Below are positions 56,617-64,000 of a stretch of DNA of 64,000 nt, one piece after another. The notes below the pieces were generated by a model. That model made no database searches and was not told the origin of the DNA. It saw only the letters and a list, made by a program, of their open reading frames with translations. The translations under genes and the position numbers were made by a program. Source of the DNA: Candidatus Aenigmatarchaeota archaeon (GTDB taxonomy: Archaea; Aenigmatarchaeota; Aenigmatarchaeia; CG10238-14; SpSt-28). Location of the stretch: assembly GCA_032249395.1 (NCBI GenBank), contig JAVVFY010000002.1:4239-68238 (forward strand), written 5' to 3'. Positions within the stretch are counted from its first letter, which is position 1. Every line of letters begins with the position of its first letter.

Positions 56617-57678
56617 ATGAAAAAATTTATAAAACCTGCTATAAGCTTTTTAAAAAAAGTTAAAGGAGATTTAGCTATAGTTTTCGGCCACGATTGCGAT
56701 AGCATTGCTTCTGCTTCAATAATTTATAAGTTGGCAAAAAATTTAGCGCTAAAACCAAAATTGATTGTTTCCACACACAATTTTGAAATTGATGAAAAAA
56801 CGGAGAATCGCATCAAAAAATTTGAAAATATAGCAATACTTGATATTGGAGATACGCCAGAAGAAAGAATAAATAGAATTGCTTCATCCAAAAATCTCTT
56901 AATTATTGACCATCATATTCCGAAAAAATATAATTGCTACTATGTAAATCCAAGACTTTATAACAAGAACGTTTATATACCAACCAGCTATATATCGTGG
57001 TTAATTTACAAAGAGTTTTTTGACGATAAAGATATTTTATGGATTGCTGCATTTGGAACTCTTGGCGACTTCGGTGCAAAATACAACAAAGACTTGTTTA
57101 AAAGGTTAAGAGAGAAAAATCCTGAATTAATTGGAAAAGTTAGAATTGATGATAGAGAACTGTTTGAAAGGAGCACAATAGGAAAAATAGCAAAAATGGT
57201 TGATTCTCATAGAATTTTTGAAGGAATAAAAGGTGTGGAATACGTAACAAAGCTTGTAGCAAACTCTAATTCATATCTAGATTTGTTGAATGACAAAAAA
57301 ACAAATAAAATATATGAAAAACTAGGAAAAGCATTCAAAAATGAACTGAAAAGACTTAAAGAAAGAAAAATAGAAATTGGAGAATATTTAATTTATGAGA
57401 TAAAGAGTAAAATTAACCTTAAATCGTCGCTAGCTAGCTATTTGCCAAAGATTTTTCCAAAAATGATAATATTTGTAGCACAAAAATCTAAAGAAGGATA
57501 CTATGAGGTTAGCGTTAGAAGAGGTATTAAAAGAAAAGTTAACTTAGCTAAACTTGTTAAAGAAATAAGTAAAAATATTAGAGCTAAAGGTGGTGGACAT
57601 CCCAGTGCTGCAGGAATGAGAATAGATGATTTAAAGGAACTAGTTGAATTCTTAAAAAATAAAAAAAGAAAGAAATAG
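56617..57678 (+). CDS. DHH-family phosphoesterase (RecJ-like)
   Basis: HDCD, LDIG, IDHH, GD, GGGHPSAAG. Confidence 0.9.
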   Translation: MKKFIKPAISFLKKVKGDLAIVFGHDCDSIASASIIYKLAKNLALKPKLIVSTHNFEIDEKTENRIKKFENIAILDIGDTPEERINRIASSKNLLIIDHHIPKKYNCYYVNPRLYNKNVYIPTSYISWLIYKEFFDDKDILWIAAFGTLGDFGAKYNKDLFKRLREKNPELIGKVRIDDRELFERSTIGKIAKMVDSHRIFEGIKGVEYVTKLVANSNSYLDLLNDKKTNKIYEKLGKAFKNELKRLKERKIEIGEYLIYEIKSKINLKSSLASYLPKIFPKMIIFVAQKSKEGYYEVSVRRGIKRKVNLAKLVKEISKNIRAKGGGHPSAAGMRIDDLKELVEFLKNKKRKK

Positions 57679-57681
57679 CAA

Positions 57682-57984
57682 TCATTTAGTTAAAACAATA
57701 TCAATTGTTGAAACATTAACTTTTCCTTTTCCTTCTACTTCCCTTTCTTCAGTTCCTAGGTCTATTCTCTTTATTTTAACATCTGGCATAAACCTTCTTT
57801 GAATTACTTGAGCTACGTCTACCGCTCTTGATATGCTTTTTCCTCTTGCTTTAATGTGAACTTCTTTTTGGCCACTTGTGAACTGAGTTATTACTGCTAA
57901 AACGTAGCTCATAGTTGGTTTTTTACCTATGAATACAACGTTATCAGCTTGTTGTTCTTTTGCTTCTTCTGACACTATCAACAC
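57682..57984 (-). CDS. albA: DNA/RNA-binding protein Alba
   Basis: [28 protein letters not shown]. Confidence 0.96.
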   Translation of the reverse strand: MLIVSEEAKEQQADNVVFIGKKPTMSYVLAVITQFTSGQKEVHIKARGKSISRAVDVAQVIQRRFMPDVKIKRIDLGTEEREVEGKGKVNVSTIDIVLTK

Positions 57985-58051
57985 CTCCCTACTTTAAAGA
58001 TATCAATTAAAATATAGTTTTAAAATAATTTAAAATTTCTAAAACATCTCA

Positions 58052-58972
58052 TTACAGTTTGAACTCTTTTACAACCTTTCTCTTATTCTCAACGCCTTTA
58101 GCGTCTAAGACCTGAAATGCTAAATCTTTTAATTTAGGATATAAAGCACCATATTTCTCTGAGAGCCTATTTACTTCTCTTTCTATGTCTTCGGAACTCA
58201 GATTGTCTACCCTCTTCTGAAGTTCATCCAATTTAGATTGTAATTCATTCCAAACATTTTCATAAGTCTTAAATGTCTTAACATATTCTTTTGTTGCGAC
58301 TACAAACCCTCTAAAGAAAACTCCGATCAGAAAAATCGCTGCGAAAACTACGACACTAAATATACCCATAAAGCTAAAGAGTACCCAAACAGTCTTCACA
58401 AACCAACCCATTGGAATTGTCAAAAATGCAATAATAAAAGCCAAAACTCTGTTAACATTGGGAGATACATGAGTAAATACTTCTAACATTTGTAGAAATG
58501 TCCAAACAAGAGTGTAAATAGCAGCAAAGGGTAAAATAAACAAATAAATTATTGCTGGAACGTACATCCATTGCTCGGGTAACCCAAGCATTAGAAAAAC
58601 GTTAGCTGCGAGGGGTGGTAAAGGAGAAACTTTCATATTTTCTGGTACCTCTAATATAGTTGGATAAGGAATAAAGAGTGGTAGCATGAATAGCAAAAAT
58701 AAAACAACTGCGTATAAAATTAAACCAAGATTTATGCCTCCTCCTCCTGGTAAACCTGGTAAACTCGGCATGCCACCTTTAGCTACTATAAAAAGCAAAA
58801 CTATGAAACCTAAAATGAACAAAACAGGTATTAAATCTTTAGCAATGTTAACTAATGTTTCTCTGATTTCATTCATTGTTGTTGTTCCTCCACCAGACTG
58901 AGCTAAAGAAACATTTATAGTTAAAAGTAGGAAAAATAACAGAAAAACTAATACTTCTTTAATTTTCTCCAT
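58052..58972 (-). CDS. Multi-pass membrane protein
   Basis: Several TMs, motif ILPF..IY..V...L....VF...NVNRVLAFIIA, C-terminal coiled coil. Confidence 0.75.
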   Translation of the reverse strand: MEKIKEVLVFLLFFLLLTINVSLAQSGGGTTTMNEIRETLVNIAKDLIPVLFILGFIVLLFIVAKGGMPSLPGLPGGGGINLGLILYAVVLFLLFMLPLFIPYPTILEVPENMKVSPLPPLAANVFLMLGLPEQWMYVPAIIYLFILPFAAIYTLVWTFLQMLEVFTHVSPNVNRVLAFIIAFLTIPMGWFVKTVWVLFSFMGIFSVVVFAAIFLIGVFFRGFVVATKEYVKTFKTYENVWNELQSKLDELQKRVDNLSSEDIEREVNRLSEKYGALYPKLKDLAFQVLDAKGVENKRKVVKEFKL

Positions 58973-59009
58973 TTTACTTAATTGTTTTAAATATTTAAAA
59001 GCTTTCTTT

Positions 59010-59258
59010 TTATCTTTTTTTCAAAAAGTAAAAAGAAAGAATTATAAAAATTATAAAAATCAAAAGGGCTGAAAATGAAAAGAAAGCTAATATAAAAGTT
59101 TTATAATAGTAAAAAGAACCAATAACAAAAAAAGAGGAAACCAAAGCTATTATTAAATTAATACTCCTTTCAAAAAATCTAATCTTGCTCAAAATACCAT
59201 AAACAATTAGGAATGAGAGGAATGAAAATGATAGAGCCAAAATATCCTCAATCATCAA
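59010..59258 (-). CDS. Small membrane protein related to its neighbours
   Basis: FLIVYGILSKIRFF...INLIIALV motif. Confidence 0.65.
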   Translation of the reverse strand: MMIEDILALSFSFLSFLIVYGILSKIRFFERSINLIIALVSSFFVIGSFYYYKTFILAFFSFSALLIFIIFIILSFYFLKKR

Positions 59259-59749
59259 AACACCTTTTCTCTAGCTTTTTTATACCATTCCTCCTCATCA
59301 ATCTTAATTCCACTTATTTTCGCTAAACTTTCCGCCTCAGAAATTTTTTCTCTTATCGCTTTCTTAATTTCTTGTCTTTTCCCCTCGTCTTTCCCCACTT
59401 CAAGCTCTTTAGTTAATCTTTCTACATCTTCCTTTAGTTTCTTTAGCCTCTCCTTCCCTGTTATAACAGAAGTAGAATACTTTAAAATTCCCAACAAATA
59501 AAGAGAAACAAAAACCAAAACAGTTAAAGCAGCTGCTAAATAAGGCAAAACTTTAGTTAAACCAAAAGAATAAAGGGAAAATACAGAAATAGAAGAAATA
59601 GTTAAAGCAGTTAAAGAGTAATATAAATTTCCAACATTTCCAAATATGTTAGAGCGCTTGAGAAAAACGAATAATATCAAGTAGAAAAGAATTAGAGGTA
59701 AAAATATGGAAAATATGAACTCATTTAGTTCTAAGCTAAATATTTCCAT
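59255..59749 (-). CDS. Membrane protein related to its neighbours
   Basis: FLPLILFYLILFVFLKRSNIF motif plus coiled-coil tail. Confidence 0.7.
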   Translation of the reverse strand: MEIFSLELNEFIFSIFLPLILFYLILFVFLKRSNIFGNVGNLYYSLTALTISSISVFSLYSFGLTKVLPYLAAALTVLVFVSLYLLGILKYSTSVITGKERLKKLKEDVERLTKELEVGKDEGKRQEIKKAIREKISEAESLAKISGIKIDEEEWYKKAREKVF

Positions 59750-59794
59750 AAAATAGTTTTCTTAACAATAAATAAACGTAAAACAAAATAAGAG

Positions 59795-61894
59795 ATGAGT
59801 CTTCTTGACAAGCTAATTAAAGATAGTTGGAAAAACCGGATAAGAGAAAAATTGGAAGATCTTTACAGAATTAAAGACGAGTGGAGAGGCAACATAAGAG
59901 AAAAAATAGATCAGTTATATACTTTGTCAAAATCAGAAACCTTTTTAAGCACTATAAACAGAATAAGCGAGTATTCGCTAAAATCTTCAGCATTCCTATT
60001 AATAACAACATTTGCCTTCTATCCTGGATTTGTTTCTAAAATTTTTTGGGCATTCCTAATATTATTTGTTATATTGGCATTAGCATCTATAGCATTAAAA
60101 ATTTTCTTCCCAACCGCAATAATAAGAGCTACTATTTCAACTTTTCTTGGCGCCGATCCTCTCACTTCTGTTTTAAAATCGATTGGAGCGATCCTCCTAA
60201 TGCTTCTTTTTACTATATTTTTACCCTCCCCAAATTACTTTAAAACGTTCGAACCAATAGGAGAGCTTCCAGTTTATATTTTGTTTTTATTATCAGTTCT
60301 AGCATCATTCTTCCTTGCATCCTTAAGATTTCCGCAAATTTTTGTTTTTGGAGCAGCATACATTATTTTCTTATACTTTGTATTACCAATTTCGATTTTC
60401 GCAGCAACAACAAAAACTTGCATAGAAAGCAAATCTCTATCTTCCATTCAAATACCTTTACTCTCAAGCGCAACAGATAGGTATTCTTGTCAAAGGTTGA
60501 CTAAATCTTCTTTAATGTTAACTGGAAAAGTTGAAACTATACCTTCTACTTCTGGAATTGATGTTAAAATTGGTTTAACACAAATGAATCCGTTGCCTGC
60601 TGGAAAAACTTTTAAAGAAGTTTTCATAATTACTAATAATTATCAAAAAAATGTAACATTAAATAGAATTTACCCGTATTTGAGAAGTTCATATTATAAT
60701 GTGCTATTTGTACCTAAAGACTACCAACAGAAAAAAACAATGCTACTTACTAAAGAAAATTACGGAGAACAAATAGTTTTTGACCCGTTTCAGCTAGATA
60801 TTATAGTGCCTAGTGATAAAAGATGTAAGATAACCCAAGAATGGATGAAAGAACGAGGGTATGTTTCTGAATGTTCTTATGAAAATCCGTGTGAAGAAAA
60901 AAATGGTTTAAAAGCTGCTTGTGTTCAAGTAGGAACGTATTCGTGCAAATGTGTTGATTGGGTAGAAGCTACTTGTAGTGGGGCTCCTTTGAATTTGATA
61001 ATTGATATGAGGCACACCGGATTCCTAAATGGTAGGGGAGCTCTATATTATTTTGAGGATTATAATCCTGCTTCTCTCCCTTCTTATAGATACATCCAAT
61101 ATCCTGCGGAAATTACAATATATTTCACGCCAAACCCTTGGTTTCAAAAAAGATATGCTGAATACATAGATGAAATCTATATGTTCGCCCAGATAAAATT
61201 TTACTCAAAACAACCACGAATAACAAGACTCTCTGTAGAGCCAATAACAACAATAGTAAATATAACAGACGAAATTAACAATGTAGTAATAACAGAATCT
61301 ATAGGAATAAGGAAGAAAGATTGCAATTTGAAGGAAAAAATGGAAGAAATAAACTATGCTTTAAGTAGTAAGGGAGAATGGACTGGAGTTTTGTGCACGT
61401 TTTATCCGCCATCAATAAATGTTGAAGTTAAAAACTTAACTGATGGAAGTACGATCGCTACTACTTCTGTATCGCTCTTGCTAATAAATCAGTACTGCAA
61501 CGCTGAATACATAAACCTATCTTCATACAAAAGTTCTGCAGAAGCATTAGTAAAATACTATGAAAACCTTAGAGTAATAGAATCTTTAAGTAAGGATATA
61601 AGAAGGACTATAGATAAATATGGATTTTGTTCTTATTTGAAAGGAGAAAAAGAAAAGGAAGAAATGAGAAAAAAGAGAATAATAGAAAATAACATAAAAA
61701 GAATATATGTTTATGTTAGTTTTGATTACGTAACTTCGCAATATTTTGTTTCAAGAAATATTTATCCTTATTATACTCCAGCTTGCGAAGGAAAACAAGT
61801 AGCAAAGCAACCTGAAGAAAGTAGAGAAGCTTCTGAAGAAAAGAAAGAAGAACTGCAAACAAGCATTTCTGAAATGTTCCCAGAAATACTATAA
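59795..61894 (+). CDS. Large membrane protein with Cys-rich extracellular domain
   Basis: About 5 TMs, then a Cys-rich beta domain. Confidence 0.75.
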   Translation: MSLLDKLIKDSWKNRIREKLEDLYRIKDEWRGNIREKIDQLYTLSKSETFLSTINRISEYSLKSSAFLLITTFAFYPGFVSKIFWAFLILFVILALASIALKIFFPTAIIRATISTFLGADPLTSVLKSIGAILLMLLFTIFLPSPNYFKTFEPIGELPVYILFLLSVLASFFLASLRFPQIFVFGAAYIIFLYFVLPISIFAATTKTCIESKSLSSIQIPLLSSATDRYSCQRLTKSSLMLTGKVETIPSTSGIDVKIGLTQMNPLPAGKTFKEVFIITNNYQKNVTLNRIYPYLRSSYYNVLFVPKDYQQKKTMLLTKENYGEQIVFDPFQLDIIVPSDKRCKITQEWMKERGYVSECSYENPCEEKNGLKAACVQVGTYSCKCVDWVEATCSGAPLNLIIDMRHTGFLNGRGALYYFEDYNPASLPSYRYIQYPAEITIYFTPNPWFQKRYAEYIDEIYMFAQIKFYSKQPRITRLSVEPITTIVNITDEINNVVITESIGIRKKDCNLKEKMEEINYALSSKGEWTGVLCTFYPPSINVEVKNLTDGSTIATTSVSLLLINQYCNAEYINLSSYKSSAEALVKYYENLRVIESLSKDIRRTIDKYGFCSYLKGEKEKEEMRKKRIIENNIKRIYVYVSFDYVTSQYFVSRNIYPYYTPACEGKQVAKQPEESREASEEKKEELQTSISEMFPEIL

Positions 61895-61940
61895 TCTTGA
61901 TCAAAACTTTATATAATATAATAATTGAGAAATTAAAGTT

Positions 61941-62243
61941 ATGAGGGAAATACTTTATATTGTTGCAAGCGCTGCAGTAGTCGTTATATCAATATACATT
62001 CTTATAAAGTTGGGTTTCATTCCTTTTGCTGGCACAGTTAGTAAACAAGATTGCATAAACAATATAATGCTTGCCTGTGATGAATATAGAAGTAAAGGCA
62101 AAGTAGACGCTTTTAACAAAATTAGTAGTGGTTGTGCAGATATTGTAGAATCTGGATCTCTAAAAGAATGTTTAAGAAAGGATATCAAGGAGGAATTAAA
62201 AAGACAATATTGTAGTGAGCTCTGTAAAGAGTTCGGACTATGA
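61941..62243 (+). CDS. Small Cys-rich pilin-like protein
   Basis: N-terminal TM plus 6 Cys spaced as in the next gene. Confidence 0.65.
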   Translation: MREILYIVASAAVVVISIYILIKLGFIPFAGTVSKQDCINNIMLACDEYRSKGKVDAFNKISSGCADIVESGSLKECLRKDIKEELKRQYCSELCKEFGL

Positions 62244-62284
62244 CCATAAAATAAAGTATTTAAATACGAAAAATAACAGGATTA

Positions 62285-62611
62285 ATGAGGGGGATCACTT
62301 TAGAAACTGGTGTGATATTAGTAGTTTTGCTATTAATTGTGGCACTTCTATTCTACTACCTTTATATTAATTTTGTATCCTCACAAAAAACCCTTACAGG
62401 ACAACAATGCGATGCCCTATTAAACACTGCATGCCAGGCCTACCGACAAGGAACTCCTCCTGGTGCGGCTTTTAAAAATGTGCCAAATGAATGTGTAGAT
62501 GTAGGAAATCGGCAGCATTTGAGTGCGTGTAAGGAAGGCAATAGAGAAGCATGTGAGATTATATGCGAACTATGGATAGTAGGAGAACCAGAAGAATTTG
62601 GAGTAATATAA
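62285..62611 (+). CDS. Small Cys-rich pilin-like protein (class III signal-like)
   Basis: MRG|ITLETGVILVVLLL leader; 6 Cys spaced as in the previous gene. Confidence 0.7.
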   Translation: MRGITLETGVILVVLLLIVALLFYYLYINFVSSQKTLTGQQCDALLNTACQAYRQGTPPGAAFKNVPNECVDVGNRQHLSACKEGNREACEIICELWIVGEPEEFGVI

Positions 62612-62634
62612 GAATCTCTTAAGGTGAAACTTCG

Positions 62635-63849
62635 ATGTGGAATAATAAAATTAAGTTTTATTCGTTTACTTTATTTCTTATCTCGCTTTTTTTACTTTTG
62701 TTAGCATCTTCTTTAACACTCGCAACAAACGTTCAAAGTCAATCTCAGAGCCTAGAAACTTTGGAGATAAAGCTTGGGAAAGGATGGAACATGGTATCTT
62801 TTCCATTTGAAAAGGCATATATATTTTTCAACGAAAGTGATTGCTACTTTCTATTCAACTTCGCAGGAAAATTAAAAGACCCAACTAAAAGGGCTTTTAG
62901 AGAAAGATACGAACCATACAACCTAAACCAAGAGAAAGATGAGCTTGGGGGAATACCACTAGTTATTTATTCTTATGAAGAGTGTACTCTAAAAGTTAAA
63001 GGAAGCGGAAGACTTACCGCAAATGAAATAAATAAGAGAGAAAATTTGGTGAATTTAACAAAGGGGTTGAATCACATACCAATTCCTTATGGCGGAATTC
63101 AACTAACTCAACTAAAGGATTGTACAATCAACAGTGTTATGTATTACAATTCCTCAGAAGTATTTTACAAATGGTATAGATGGGAGCCTCTCGGATTCGG
63201 CCAAATAAAATTCTCTAAATCAAACGATACCAAAACATGGAGTGAAATATCAACATTAGATAACTATTATTTGCCACATGGAATAAGCGTATTTATAGAC
63301 GTAAAGGAGAAATGTAAATTAAGGTTTAGTGAAGAATCAACACAAACAGCTGTAACAACAACTACAACTACTCAGCAGACAACAGGTCAAGTAAAAGTAA
63401 TAGAAATAGAGTGTCATAATAGAAATGATTGGGATTCGTGTCCTAATAGAGTATATAATTTTGGAATTAGGGAAAACGAAAAAATTATAATATATAATTG
63501 CAATGCAACACAATTAGCAACTGAGCTTGGTGATTATTATTATACCTCTCGACTTTATTTTAATGTATCAACACAGAAAAACCAGAAATGCAAACTTGAA
63601 TGGAAAGTTGAATCATCCAATGCTGATCAGGGTTATTATCTTCGCATTTACACAAGTTCTACATCCTGTCCTCCTTATCCGTATGATTGTATGAGCTTCG
63701 GAGAAGGGAATAATATTAAAATCGCTAAATGTACAAATGAAAGTTTCTCTGGAACCTCATATTCACTTGTGGCTGTAGACTCTCCAAGAAAACCATCACC
63801 AAAAGATACAATCTTTAACGTATCGGTTTCAATTACCGATTGCAAATAA
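62635..63849 (+). CDS. Secreted/surface protein
   Basis: Signal peptide, repeated L.KG.N.V/I.P motif, Thr-rich linker, Cys-rich C-domain. Confidence 0.75.
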   Translation: MWNNKIKFYSFTLFLISLFLLLLASSLTLATNVQSQSQSLETLEIKLGKGWNMVSFPFEKAYIFFNESDCYFLFNFAGKLKDPTKRAFRERYEPYNLNQEKDELGGIPLVIYSYEECTLKVKGSGRLTANEINKRENLVNLTKGLNHIPIPYGGIQLTQLKDCTINSVMYYNSSEVFYKWYRWEPLGFGQIKFSKSNDTKTWSEISTLDNYYLPHGISVFIDVKEKCKLRFSEESTQTAVTTTTTTQQTTGQVKVIEIECHNRNDWDSCPNRVYNFGIRENEKIIIYNCNATQLATELGDYYYTSRLYFNVSTQKNQKCKLEWKVESSNADQGYYLRIYTSSTSCPPYPYDCMSFGEGNNIKIAKCTNESFSGTSYSLVAVDSPRKPSPKDTIFNVSVSITDCK

Positions 63850-63855
63850 ATAAAA

Positions 63856-64000
63856 CTATAATGGTCTCCAACTATAATCATTGCTCGTTATAACTTCAAA
63901 AATTAAAGAAATGTTTCTAAACTTAGTAGTTCCTTCTAATTTGTCAAAAACTGGATATTGATCTTTAGTAGTAATATTAACGCTAGCACTAACTGCAGCA
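63856..64000 (-). CDS. C-terminus of a gene starting beyond the window
   Basis: Open frame AAVSASVNITTKDQYP...WRPL* ending at TAG 63856. Confidence 0.45.
   Translation of the reverse strand, partial: AAVSASVNITTKDQYPVFDKLEGTTKFRNISLIFEVITSNDYSWRPL

Overview
An AT-rich archaeal chromosome segment, most likely from a small-genome DPANN-type archaeon. This is inferred from archaeal information genes, fragmented ribosomal operons, sparse metabolism and many lineage-specific membrane or pilin-like genes. Thermophily is plausible given GC-rich tRNAs, TtuA and inteins. Most of the window is housekeeping: ThrRS, GluRS, GlyRS, CCA enzyme, RNase Z, Rpp21, EndA, RFC-S/L, SecY, about 16 ribosomal proteins, GAPDH and Alba, plus 7 tRNA genes and one variant tRNA copy. 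The most striking unexplained structure is a 2.7-kb locus at 7788-10507. It contains a dif-like site (10-bp perfect arms, 6-bp spacer), a catalytically altered Cas2/PaaX-like small protein, a very A-rich spacer with co-oriented GTGA motifs, a winged-helix gene carrying 10-bp-phased GAATCG repeats inside its own coding sequence, and a tandem-wHTH gene. It is a candidate replication, segregation or dimer-resolution module, or a dif-integrated element. Other notable items: a 673-aa protein with four XRE-HTH repeats and a C-terminal PD-(D/E)xK-like nuclease; a 206-bp duplication creating a tRNA-Pro copy with the G3.U70 alanine identity pair; three 11-12 nt tRNA introns and an EndA whose catalytic Lys appears replaced by Ala; two inteins; a solo Cas4; a decaying metal/redox island; and several single-lesion pseudogenes. 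No CRISPR array or rRNA was seen. All calls are from motif recognition by eye, with no database searches.
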